Shown in pieces: positions 8,976 through 17,312 of a DNA stretch of 33,755 nucleotides (its first letter is position 1; each line of letters starts with the position of its first letter). The notes below the pieces were generated by a model. The model worked only from the letters and a program-made list of their open reading frames with translations. It was not told the DNA's origin and did not search any database. Source of the DNA: an uncultured Lachnoclostridium sp. (GTDB taxonomy: Bacteria > Bacillota > Clostridia > Lachnospirales > Lachnospiraceae); contig CATZVV010000001.1 of assembly GCA_958425285.1 (NCBI GenBank), positions 1 through 33,755 on the forward strand, given 5' to 3'. The position numbers and the translations under genes are program-made.

Positions 8976-9752
8976 TTGAATAAAAGTCAAGATGAATTAA
9001 TTCTAGGAGGACATAGATTCTCATCGCGTTTTATTTTGGGTTCTGGGAAGTTTTCACTTGAAAAGACCAGAGAGGTTATTGAAAATGGAGGAGTGGAAAT
9101 GGCAACTTTGGCAGTACGCCGTGCCAATCAGCCGGGTGAGGACAACATTATTGATTATATGCCTGAGGGAATCACGCTTCTTCCGAATACATCCGGTGCA
9201 AGAAATGCAGAAGAAGCGGTCCGTATTGCTAGGCTTGCCAGAGAATTAGGATGCGGGGATTTTGTGAAAATAGAGGTTGTCAGAGATACAAAGTATCTTC
9301 TTCCGGATAATTATGAGACTGTAAGGGCAACGGAAATATTAGCCAAAGAGGGATTTGTTGTAATGCCGTATATGTATCCCGACTTAAATGCAGCAAGAGA
9401 TATGGAACGTGCGGGGGCAGCTGCAATCATGCCATTGGCAGCTCCGATTGGCAGTAACAAAGGACTGGCAACAAAGGATTTTATTAAAATATTAGTGGAA
9501 GAAGTTGGGCTTCCGATTATTGTAGATGCCGGAATTGGAAGACCTTCGCAGGCATGTGAGGCGATGGAAATGGGATGTGCTGCAATCATGGCAAATACAG
9601 CAGTTGCAACGGCTGGAGATGTTGGGAAAATGGCATCTGCATTTAAGCTTGCAATTGAAGCAGGCAGAGAGGCATATCTCGCAGGATTTGGAAGAGTTTT
9701 AGACAATCGCGGTTCGGCTTCCAGTCCGCTCACTGGATTTTTACAGAATTAG
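8976..9752 (+). CDS. thiG: Thiazole synthase ThiG
   Basis: Supporting motifs are [46 protein letters not shown] and [12 protein letters not shown]. The likely start is TTG at 8976 after GGAGGA, giving 258 aa, a typical ThiG length. The tracked start at 8892 adds an unlikely N-terminal extension. Confidence 0.9.
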   Translation: MNKSQDELILGGHRFSSRFILGSGKFSLEKTREVIENGGVEMATLAVRRANQPGEDNIIDYMPEGITLLPNTSGARNAEEAVRIARLARELGCGDFVKIEVVRDTKYLLPDNYETVRATEILAKEGFVVMPYMYPDLNAARDMERAGAAAIMPLAAPIGSNKGLATKDFIKILVEEVGLPIIVDAGIGRPSQACEAMEMGCAAIMANTAVATAGDVGKMASAFKLAIEAGREAYLAGFGRVLDNRGSASSPLTGFLQN

Positions 9753-9777
9753 TACAACGCAGAAATGAGGGAAAGAA

Positions 9778-10956
9778 ATGATTGAAATACGTACAACGGG
9801 TCATATGGACTATTACGAGGGAATGGAAAAAATTAACTCGGATATGATGGAGCAGGTGCTTATTCAGGTAAAAAATTATGAATACCATTCTTATCAGGGA
9901 GCGGATGTGATTCGTGCCTTGAATAAAGAATCGTTGAACATAGAAGACTATAAAGCATTGCTGTCACCTGCAGCGGAATCATTTTTAGAGCAAATGGCGG
10001 TTAGAGCTACAATGGAGACAAGAAAGCACTTTGGGAATGCTATTTGTATGTTCACCCCACTATACATTGCGAATTATTGTGAAAATTATTGTGTCTATTG
10101 TGGATTTAACTGCGCCAATAAAATTCATCGGGGGAAACTAAGCTTGCGGCAGATTGAAAAGGAATGCCAAACAATTCATGAAACCGGTTTGCAGGAAATT
10201 CTACTGTTAACAGGTGAATCAAGGCATATGTCGGATGTAAATTATATCGGAGAAGCGGTTAAGATTGCTGCTAGATATTTTGCAACAGTGGGAATTGAAA
10301 TTTATCCGCTTAATGTTGAAGAATATCGGTATTTGCAACAATGCGGGGCGGATTTTGTGAGTGTGTATCAGGAGACCTACAATACGGATAAATATGAGAC
10401 TCAGCATCTGCGTGGTTCAAAGCGTAGTTTCCCATATCGCTTCTATGCGCAGGAACGTGCAATCTTAGGAGGAATGAGGGGAGTTGGTTTTGGTGCACTG
10501 CTTGGACTGGATGACTTTCGAAAAGACGCATTTGCATCAGGAATACATGCCTATTTACTTCAGCAAAAGTATCCACATGCAGAGATTTCTTTTTCCGTGC
10601 CCCGACTTCGCCCATATATTAATAATGAAAAAAATAACCCAAATAATGTACATGAGACACAGCTCTTGCAGGTTATGCTGGCACATCGCATTTTTATGCC
10701 ATTTGCGGGTATGACAATTTCGACCAGAGAACGTGCAGGCTTTCGTGATCATGTGATTGGAATGGCAGCAACAAAGATCTCGGCTGGTGTGAGCGTTGGT
10801 GTAGGAGGTCATGGAGAGAATGAGGGAGATGAGCAGTTTGAAATCTCCGATCCGAGAAGCGTCGAAGATGTAAAAGCAAGTATTTTCAATCGTGGATTGC
10901 AGGCAGTATTCAATGATTATGTCAGATGTACATCGAACATAGAAGAAGTGGGGTAA
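9778..10956 (+). CDS. thiH: 2-iminoacetate synthase ThiH (radical SAM tyrosine lyase)
   Basis: Radical SAM CxxxCxxC motif (CENYCVYCGF), about 390 aa, positioned in a thiSFGH context. Confidence 0.9.
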   Translation: MIEIRTTGHMDYYEGMEKINSDMMEQVLIQVKNYEYHSYQGADVIRALNKESLNIEDYKALLSPAAESFLEQMAVRATMETRKHFGNAICMFTPLYIANYCENYCVYCGFNCANKIHRGKLSLRQIEKECQTIHETGLQEILLLTGESRHMSDVNYIGEAVKIAARYFATVGIEIYPLNVEEYRYLQQCGADFVSVYQETYNTDKYETQHLRGSKRSFPYRFYAQERAILGGMRGVGFGALLGLDDFRKDAFASGIHAYLLQQKYPHAEISFSVPRLRPYINNEKNNPNNVHETQLLQVMLAHRIFMPFAGMTISTRERAGFRDHVIGMAATKISAGVSVGVGGHGENEGDEQFEISDPRSVEDVKASIFNRGLQAVFNDYVRCTSNIEEVG

Positions 10957-10959
10957 ATA

Positions 10960-11553
10960 ATGATTATAGTTACCAACCGGAAGTTGTGTCAGAATGAGGA
11001 TTTGGTGGCCCAAATACGAAAGATTGCTCCTGCCCGTCCAAAAAGGATTTTGTTGAGGGAAAAGGATATTCCCTCTGGGGAACTCATTAAACTGGGAAGG
11101 CAGATACAGGAAATTTGTTATGAGTATAAAATTGCCTTCGGAATGAATTCAGATGTAGAAGCTGCCCGGGAGTTAAAGGCAGAGTGTGTTCATTTGCCTT
11201 TTTCACAATTTACGCAATTATCTGAAAAAGAGAAAAAAAGCTTTTCTCTCATTGGTACATCCGTGCATCGTGCAGAGGAGGCATTGAAATCCGAGGAAAT
11301 GGGAGCTGCCTATGTAATTGCCGGGCATATTTTTGAAACAAACTGTAAATCAGGACTGGAACCAAGGGGACTTTCCTTTTTGCAGAAAATTTGTCAAACG
11401 GTAAAAATTCCAGTATATGCTATTGGTGGAATTAACCCTGAAAATGTATCTTCTGTAATGGAAGGTGGAGCTGACGGAATTTGCATTATGTCAGGGGCAA
11501 TGATTTGCAGTGAACCTGATAAATATATAAAAAAATTTCCAAAAGATGCATAA
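10960..11553 (+). CDS. tenI: TenI-like thiazole tautomerase / thiamine-phosphate synthase family protein
   Basis: TMP-TENI fold. The segment AGHIFETNCKSGLEPRGLSFL and VHLPFSQF resemble B. subtilis TenI ([28 protein letters not shown]). They are less like ThiE (GPIYPTETKKD..., HLGQxD). Confidence 0.7.
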   Translation: MIIVTNRKLCQNEDLVAQIRKIAPARPKRILLREKDIPSGELIKLGRQIQEICYEYKIAFGMNSDVEAARELKAECVHLPFSQFTQLSEKEKKSFSLIGTSVHRAEEALKSEEMGAAYVIAGHIFETNCKSGLEPRGLSFLQKICQTVKIPVYAIGGINPENVSSVMEGGADGICIMSGAMICSEPDKYIKKFPKDA

Positions 11554-11650
11554 AAACTCAAAATTACCATATACTGTTAGAAATGTGGCGAATTCATAGC
11601 CGCCAAAATATGACAAAATATAAAAAGAAGGACACAAAAAAGTACAAAAT

Positions 11651-11679
11651 TTGACTTTTTACACAAAATATGGTATAAT
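11651..11679 (+). promoter_or_regulatory. Near-consensus sigma-A promoter of veg
   Basis: TTGACT (11651-11656), a 17-nt spacer, TATAAT (11674-11679), with TGG immediately upstream of the -10 (extended -10). Confidence 0.7.
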
Positions 11680-11730
11680 TATGACAATATTGAAACAATA
11701 TGTCGTGTCTGGATAGGAGGTATATGATTC

Positions 11731-11973
11731 ATGGTAACAGCAGATGTGGGAAAAGTCCGAAATGCTGTAAAGAAGCATATCGGAAGCAGAGTAGTAGTAC
11801 GTTGCAACTTGGGAAGACATAAAGTGGATGTTACAGAGGGAATTATTACAGAAACATATCCAAGTATTTTTTTGATTCAGGTAAAAAATGAAGCTGAAGA
11901 TACATTTCAAACAATTTCTTATAGTTATACGGATGTATTGACAAAGGATGTACGCATTACATTATGTTCGTAA
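11731..11973 (+). CDS. veg: Veg family protein (DUF1021)
   Basis: ETYPSIFLIQV and ISYSYTDVLT match B. subtilis Veg (ETYPSVFVIQL, VSYSYADILT). 80 aa, with GGAGG 10 nt upstream of the ATG. Confidence 0.85.
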   Translation: MVTADVGKVRNAVKKHIGSRVVVRCNLGRHKVDVTEGIITETYPSIFLIQVKNEAEDTFQTISYSYTDVLTKDVRITLCS

Positions 11974-12152
11974 GTGAAAAAGGGTGTGACCGGAGATTCC
12001 TCTTTTTGCAAACGTCTAATCAGAGTCATTAAGGGGAATGAGCCAAGAGTTTATGTAAACCTTCAAGCTGATGTAAGATAGAATTACTCAGTTTGGAGGT
12101 TTTATCTTACAGAAATTTTTTAATAATCATCGAGAAATCTTGAATGACTCAG

Positions 12153-12181
12153 AGAGCCGGATATGTCTGGCTCTTCTTTTT
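12153..12181 (+). terminator. Rho-independent terminator
   Basis: 9-bp stem AGAGCCGGA/TCTGGCTCT (12153-12161 / 12166-12174, one G-U pair) with tetraloop TATG, followed by TCTTTTT. Confidence 0.7.
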
Positions 12182-12214
12182 GATATTAAAAAAATTAAAG
12201 TTTTTTAGAATAAT

Positions 12215-12243
12215 TGAAACAATTATTGCTTTTCCTTTGTCTA
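12215..12243 (+). promoter_or_regulatory. ECF-type promoter candidate upstream of the sigma factor gene
   Basis: TGAAAC (12215-12220), a 17-nt spacer, then TGTCTA (12238-12243). This resembles the TGAAAC-N16/17-CGTC autoregulated ECF promoters of Firmicutes. The -35 sits inside an 8-bp inverted repeat AATAATTG-AAA-CAATTATT (12209-12227). Confidence 0.4.
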
Positions 12244-12286
12244 ATGAATGTAAGCAGCTTACAAAATATGTATGGGAGGTATAAAC

Positions 12287-12796
12287 ATGGAGCAGCTGGT
12301 TAAACAGGCACAGTCCGGGAGTCCGGATGCCTTTGTACAATTGATAGAACAAAATCAGCAGGCAATGTACAAGGTGGCCATCTGCTATCTGAAAAATACG
12401 GAAGATGTGGCAGATGTAATGCAGGATACGGTTCTTATTGCCTATGAAAAGATAAAGGATTTAAAACACGCAAAATACTTTAAAACCTGGCTGACCCGAA
12501 TCCTCATCAACAAGTGTAAAGACTTTCTGTCAGGCCGGGAGCGAGAAGAAACGTGGGAGAAACTGCCGGAAACAGAGTATTTACAGGATTTTGATAAACA
12601 TATTACATATCGGGAATTATTTCAGGCTTTGGGTGATGAGTACCGTGATATTTTGATTTTATACTATGGGAAGGGCTATAAAACCAAAGAAATTGCATGG
12701 ATTCTTGATGTGAAAGAAGCCACGATCCGGACGCGGCTGAGACGAGGACGGCAAAAGTTAAAAACGTTGATTGAAAAAGAAAGCGATGGTGAGTGA
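12287..12796 (+). CDS. RNA polymerase sigma-70 family ECF sigma factor
   Basis: Region 2 reads DVMQDTVLIAYEKIKDLKHAKYFKTWLTRILINKCKDF. Region 4 reads YRDILILYYGKGYKTKEIAWILDVKEATIRTRLRRGRQKLK. ATG at 12287 follows GGGAGG. Confidence 0.85.
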   Translation: MEQLVKQAQSGSPDAFVQLIEQNQQAMYKVAICYLKNTEDVADVMQDTVLIAYEKIKDLKHAKYFKTWLTRILINKCKDFLSGREREETWEKLPETEYLQDFDKHITYRELFQALGDEYRDILILYYGKGYKTKEIAWILDVKEATIRTRLRRGRQKLKTLIEKESDGE

Positions 12797-13880
12797 GATG
12801 AAAGAAAGGGACTTAAAACAATTTTTTCAAAATGAGCAGGAAATTCCTCCATTGGTAGAGGACAAAATGCAGGAGGCATATCAGAAAATTGGCGGGAAGA
12901 ATCAAAACATTGTTTTCATAACAAAAAAACGGAAATGGAAAGTGGCTGCTGCAGTAGCATGCTGTCTTTTGGCAACAAGTGTTACCGTAGCTGCAGCTAC
13001 CGGCAGTTTTGGTGGATTGCGCAGGTTATTTAAAGGTTCAATAAAACCTATTCAACAGTCGTCAAAGGAAGCAGAAACAGAGCAAATCTCCAATACATTT
13101 CCAGGCTTATCTGTCAATGTTGAAGAAATTTCTGGTACAGACAGCATGGTATATATGATTCTTGATGTAAAGAGAACCGATGGAAAACTGTTTCAAAAGG
13201 AAACGGATTACTATTTCGGGGATGTGGAAATGGTTGGTGAAAATGACCGGAAACTTAATTCATCGTATAATGGTGAAGCAAGCAGCAACGTGGACTTGGG
13301 GACTATTCTGGAAAATGATGGAACAGATACAATTAAGATGGCACTTTGTTATGCATATGAGTATACCGAAAAGGAGAAGGTATATACCCGTAGAGGGGAC
13401 AATTGTGCATTGTCTTTGAGCAATCTGATATATGATGAACATGTCGAAATGAATGGTAAAATAGATTTGAAATTGAAGTTGGATTATAAGGAAACCGAAA
13501 CAAGGGAGTGCCAGCCAAATCAAAAGATTCGTTTTCCGAAAGTGGGTCATTCTGAGAAATACATTTTAGCAGGAACACTGAAGTCTGTAACAGTTACTCC
13601 TTATGATTTAAAATACTGCCGTGAATTTGATTCTTTGTGGGATGATGGTGAGATTCCTAGTGCTGATGCATGGGATCAGGTTTATCTTGAGATGGAGGAT
13701 GGGACAAAGTACGGTAATGTGATGGAAGAAGATTGCAAAACCGCTTTTCGCAGTACAAGTACAGATGAAGACCCACTCACATATTCACAGAAAGTGCACT
13801 TTACGTTTAAGAAGGCAGTTGATGTCAATAAGATAAAAGCAGTATGGTTTGGAAAGACAAAAATTTCTTTAGAAAAATAG
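12786..13880 (+). CDS. Putative anti-sigma factor (DUF4179-like N-terminus, single TM, about 270-aa extracytoplasmic domain)
   Basis: The start overlaps the sigma stop (ATGGTGAGTGA). A short cytoplasmic N-terminus is followed by the TM segment WKVAAAVACCLLATSVTVAAA and then a large C-terminal domain. This is the classic ECF partner arrangement. Confidence 0.7.
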   Translation: MVSEMKERDLKQFFQNEQEIPPLVEDKMQEAYQKIGGKNQNIVFITKKRKWKVAAAVACCLLATSVTVAAATGSFGGLRRLFKGSIKPIQQSSKEAETEQISNTFPGLSVNVEEISGTDSMVYMILDVKRTDGKLFQKETDYYFGDVEMVGENDRKLNSSYNGEASSNVDLGTILENDGTDTIKMALCYAYEYTEKEKVYTRRGDNCALSLSNLIYDEHVEMNGKIDLKLKLDYKETETRECQPNQKIRFPKVGHSEKYILAGTLKSVTVTPYDLKYCREFDSLWDDGEIPSADAWDQVYLEMEDGTKYGNVMEEDCKTAFRSTSTDEDPLTYSQKVHFTFKKAVDVNKIKAVWFGKTKISLEK

Positions 13881-13934
13881 ACCGAACCGGCATTAAAGAC
13901 AAAAATATCCTGGCAGAGAAATTTTACCGGGCAG

Positions 13935-13963
13935 TTATATTTTCCCAATATTTCACATATAGT
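13935..13963 (+). promoter_or_regulatory. Sigma-E-like sporulation promoter candidate (motif-level match only)
   Basis: TTATATT (13935-13941), a 14-nt spacer, then CATATAGT (13956-13963), compared with the consensus kmATAtt-N14-CATAcAaT. It lies 43 nt upstream of the GTG start of the DUF3794/LysM gene. Confidence 0.3.
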
Positions 13964-14005
13964 ATAATAGTAAAGTTAAGAAGACAGGCCAAAGGAGGGA
14001 AATTT

Positions 14006-15574
14006 GTGGAACTTATTAAGAAAAGAGTTCACATGAATAGATGTAATTGCAGGAAGGATATGCAGATTACACTTGACAATGATTTTAATGTGCCGGATGT
14101 AAGTGCGGACATACATACGATTGTAAAAGAACAGGGAGAAGTGCAGGTGGATGAGGTTCGCTTTGTCTCCGGCAAAGGAACAATCCGAGGAAAACTCTCC
14201 TTTTGTATCCTGTATGTTGGTGATGAAGAAGGAAAACCCGTCTGCCAATTTAAAAATACCATTCCATTTGAAGAAAATGTTTCGTTAGATGATACATGTA
14301 GTGAAGATGATGTGTCCGTAAAATGTTTGATTGATGATTTGAAAAGCGAAATGATTAATTCACGTAAGATTGGCGTGAAAGCAATTCTGTCTTTTGAGAT
14401 TGTATCAGAGGCCTTGTATGATGGAGAGGGTGCTGTGGATATGGAGGGAAACGAAGAAATTTTCCTGCAGAAAAAGGCACTGCCGGTTACCCAGCTTTCC
14501 TTGTGCAAAAAAGATGTATTTCGAATGCGTGATGAATTTTCTTTACCAAGTACAAAAGATTCTGTAGAGCGGGTATTGTATGAGAGTATTACATTAGAGG
14601 AAATGGAAACAAGGCTCGTTGAAAATAAGATAAATATTGGGGGGCAGGTAAAGATTTTTGTATTGTACATAAGTGGAACTGAAAATTCACACCTTGAGTT
14701 CTATGAGACAACACTGCCAATCCGGGGAACGCTAGATTGTAATGGATGCGATGAATCTATGGTGCCATATATTGAAATTGGAATACACAGTAAGGATTTG
14801 GAAGCAAAGGAAGATGAAGATGGAGAAATGAGAGTCTTTGATCTGGAAATGGTACTTGATTTATTAATTAAGGTTTATCGTGAGGAGGAGCTGGAAGTAT
14901 TAACCGATTTTTATGCCCGGGACAGAGATTTGTCTCCAGTCTTTACGGATTCGTATTTTGAGCATCTCCTTATGAAAAATAATAGTAAAGCAAGAGTTGC
15001 GGAAAAGATTTCGCTGGAAGAAAACCAGAAGATTCTTCAAATCTGGAATGTGGAAGGTGAAATCCGCATCGACGAAAAGAAGGTGGTAGCTGAAGGAATA
15101 CTTGTACAGGGTGTAATTGAAACAAATATTCTCTATGTATCTGGTGAGGGTGACTTGCCAATTGGATCACTGAAGGGAACCATTCCATTTGAACAGACAG
15201 TAGATGTGAAGGGAATGAGTGCAAATGCCATTTTTGAATTAAGTGGTGCGATTGATCAAATTGGAGCGGTCATTCTCGGTGAGAGGGAGGTGGAAGTCAA
15301 GGCAACAATTGAGTTAGATGTTATTGCATTTGAAAAGATTGTACTGCCGATGATTTCGGATTATAGCGAAATAGAACTGGATATGGAAACAGTGAGTAAA
15401 GAGCCGGGAATGGTAGGATATGTAGTTAAAGAAAATGAAAGCCTGTGGGACATTGCAAAGCTGTTTCGAACCAAAATTGAGACAATTGTAGAATTAAATG
15501 AACTTGAAACGGAGGAAATCCGGGAGGGGCAAACCTTGCTCCTTATGAAAGAAATTCAAAATATTGCTGGTTAA
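14006..15574 (+). CDS. DUF3794 (SPOCS) and LysM domain-containing protein, SpoVID/SipL-like spore morphogenesis candidate
   Basis: Three internal repeats share a motif (QFKNTIPFEENVSL; ETTLPIRGTLDC; LKGTIPFEQTVDV), as in DUF3794. A C-terminal LysM domain is present (YVVKENESLWDIAKLFRTKIETIVELNELETEEIREGQTLLL). GTG at 14006 follows AGGAGGG. The tracked start at 13844 is an extension overlapping the upstream gene. Confidence 0.8.
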   Translation: MELIKKRVHMNRCNCRKDMQITLDNDFNVPDVSADIHTIVKEQGEVQVDEVRFVSGKGTIRGKLSFCILYVGDEEGKPVCQFKNTIPFEENVSLDDTCSEDDVSVKCLIDDLKSEMINSRKIGVKAILSFEIVSEALYDGEGAVDMEGNEEIFLQKKALPVTQLSLCKKDVFRMRDEFSLPSTKDSVERVLYESITLEEMETRLVENKINIGGQVKIFVLYISGTENSHLEFYETTLPIRGTLDCNGCDESMVPYIEIGIHSKDLEAKEDEDGEMRVFDLEMVLDLLIKVYREEELEVLTDFYARDRDLSPVFTDSYFEHLLMKNNSKARVAEKISLEENQKILQIWNVEGEIRIDEKKVVAEGILVQGVIETNILYVSGEGDLPIGSLKGTIPFEQTVDVKGMSANAIFELSGAIDQIGAVILGEREVEVKATIELDVIAFEKIVLPMISDYSEIELDMETVSKEPGMVGYVVKENESLWDIAKLFRTKIETIVELNELETEEIREGQTLLLMKEIQNIAG

Positions 15575-15581
15575 ACAAAGC

Positions 15582-15629
15582 AGAACCCCCACTTCATTAA
15601 AAAATAAATGAGGCGGGGGTTCTTTTGGG
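15582..15629. terminator. Bidirectional rho-independent terminator between convergent genes
   Basis: Long stem AGAACCCCC(A)CTTCAT / ATGAGG(C)GGGGGTTCT (15582-15597 / 15608-15623), followed by TTTGGG on the plus strand and preceded by an A-rich stretch. It lies between the stop at 15574 (+) and the stop at 15653 (-). Confidence 0.75.
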
Positions 15630-15652
15630 AGTAGAAAATATTACGAAATAAA

Positions 15653-16231
15653 CTAATTTGCAAAAGAATTTTTCCAATCATTCATCTTGGAAACAGCAGC
15701 ATCGATTGTCTGGCTGCAAATATCCGGTAACTCATCGCCAAAGGATTTGGTTGCTTGTTCAAATCCTTTTTTCATTGCGGCAATCATTTCATCTGCCTTG
15801 TCCGGATCTCCACCGCTTAGTGCCTTTGCCATTTCAACTAGGCGGTCACTTGTCTGATTAATACCCCAGTAGCCATCTTCACTAATTTCTTGTGCGGCTT
15901 GAGCAGAGACAGCAGGGTCAACCTCAATAGTACCAGCTTTCAAACCGTGAAGCAAATCTAAAATGTCATATGTTCTATTTGCCTGCTTGCCGAGCATACC
16001 CTCAACTAATTGCTGCATCTGTTGCTTTTTCTGAGTTAATTCAGCTTTTAGAGCATTCATTTTTTGTAAATCAGGAGAATACGTTGTACTTTTTTCTTCT
16101 GTTTTGGAAGATTCATAAACAACAGCGATATCTTCTGAAGGTTTTGCAGATGATTGTTCTGCTTTTGTTTTTGATGCCACTTCCGGTGTGTATCCGGTAG
16201 CAACATTTCCTGAAATTCCATTTACACTCAT
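15653..16231 (-). CDS. Hypothetical protein, no family recognised
   Basis: The likely start is MSVNGISG (ATG 16231) after AAGGAGGG. A Ser/Thr/Lys/Glu-rich N-terminus is followed by a Gln-rich predicted coiled coil (LQKMNALKAELTQKKQQMQQLVEGML). The helical C-terminal domain carries EDGYWGINQTSDRLVEMAKAL...MKKGFEQATKSFGDELPDI. No signal peptide or TM segment. Confidence 0.6.
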   Translation of the reverse strand: MSVNGISGNVATGYTPEVASKTKAEQSSAKPSEDIAVVYESSKTEEKSTTYSPDLQKMNALKAELTQKKQQMQQLVEGMLGKQANRTYDILDLLHGLKAGTIEVDPAVSAQAAQEISEDGYWGINQTSDRLVEMAKALSGGDPDKADEMIAAMKKGFEQATKSFGDELPDICSQTIDAAVSKMNDWKNSFAN

Positions 16232-16314
16232 AGTTACCCTCCTTGGTATCATGTATGGCTATCAAAATGTTTCTTTGTACTATATATATCGGTCTTTTTT
16301 TTTAATCTTTAACC

Positions 16315-17181
16315 CTAGGTCCTGTAAAAGTTCGTTCGAAAGGCAAAACAACTATATGGAAGATTTTTGCAATGAAGTTTGGCGTCCTCACACTCGTCTT
16401 CATTATCAAAGAGACCGAATACGGTAGGACCACTGCCGCTCATTAGTGTTCCAAGAGCACCATTTTCCATCATAGTTTCTTTGATAATGGAAATTTCAGG
16501 ATGTTTTGGAATTGTAACATCTTCTAATATATTACCGAGATTCGCAGCTAAATCATAAATGTTGTCATTTTTAATTGCTTGTATTTGCATGTCAATCTTC
16601 GGGTGCTTCGTTTGTTTGCCTAGGTTCAAACCAGCATAAACAGACTTCGTAGATACATGTATTCCAGGTTTTACGATTAATATGTGTGCATCCGGTGCAG
16701 GAGGCAGCGGCGTGAGAATCTCACCAATTCCTTCGGAAAGAGCAGTCCCTTTCATAATACAATATGGAATATCAGCGCCATATTTGACTCCCCGCTTCAT
16801 TAATTCTTCCGCAGAGAGACCTAAATCATACAGTTTATTTAATGCAATCAGGCAGGAGGCTGCATCTGTACTTCCTCCAGCCATTCCTGCGGCAACTGGA
16901 ATTCTTTTCTCAAGCTGAATGTCCAGACCATCCTTGATATGAAATTCTTTGCAAATCATTTCCGCACAACGATAAACTAAGTTGTTCTCGTCGCAGGGTA
17001 AAAATTTCAGATTTGTTTTCAAATGTATGCCGGATTTTTTACTTTTAGTAATTGTCAATCGGTCGAAAAGGCGGATACTTTGCATAATCATTTTTACTTC
17101 GTGGTAGCCATCTTCACGTTTTCGAATGACATCCAGTCCAAGGTTTATTTTAGCCGGAGCATTTAGCCAGATTGTATTCAT
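16315..17181 (-). CDS. ispE: 4-diphosphocytidyl-2-C-methyl-D-erythritol kinase
   Basis: N-terminus APAKINLGLDVIRKREDGYHEV and GHMP kinase motif PVAAGMAGGSTDAA. 288 aa. Confidence 0.9.
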   Translation of the reverse strand: MNTIWLNAPAKINLGLDVIRKREDGYHEVKMIMQSIRLFDRLTITKSKKSGIHLKTNLKFLPCDENNLVYRCAEMICKEFHIKDGLDIQLEKRIPVAAGMAGGSTDAASCLIALNKLYDLGLSAEELMKRGVKYGADIPYCIMKGTALSEGIGEILTPLPPAPDAHILIVKPGIHVSTKSVYAGLNLGKQTKHPKIDMQIQAIKNDNIYDLAANLGNILEDVTIPKHPEISIIKETMMENGALGTLMSGSGPTVFGLFDNEDECEDAKLHCKNLPYSCFAFRTNFYRT

Positions 17182-17251
17182 TATTTGAACTCCTTCATTA
17201 TCATTGTATTTAAATTATATCAAATCATAAACAAAATGACTACCCTTTGAT

Positions 17252-17279
17252 GTATAAAAACATATAAATTGGAAAAACT
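17252..17279 (+). promoter_or_regulatory. Sigma-F-like forespore promoter candidate (motif-level match only)
   Basis: GTATA (17252-17256), a 14-nt spacer, then GGAAAAACT (17271-17279), compared with the consensus GYATA-N15-GGnnAnAHTR. It lies upstream of spoIIR, which is a sigma-F target in model spore formers. Confidence 0.3.
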
Positions 17280-17312
17280 CCAAATATAATATTCATGAGA
17301 TGGAGGACTTAT

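Noticed and set aside
9311-9733. 140-aa ORF antisense to thiG
   Set aside because: Ala/Ser/Pro-rich mirror of the Gly/Ala-rich thiG sequence. thiG on the plus strand is unambiguous.
10310-11013. ORFs of 101 and 152 aa antisense to the thiH 3' end and tenI start
   Set aside because: No motifs and poor composition. They are fully overlapped by strongly supported plus-strand genes.
12144-12280. ~44-codon ORF (MTQRAGYVWLFF…) crossing the 12153-12181 terminator
   Set aside because: No RBS, and it runs through a strong terminator hairpin and the ECF promoter region.
14029-14670. 213-aa ORF antisense to the DUF3794/LysM gene
   Set aside because: It is Ser/Phe-rich and low complexity, as expected from reading the complement of a Glu/Asp/Lys-rich gene. 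It has no RBS or recognisable motifs and is fully embedded in a well-supported CDS.
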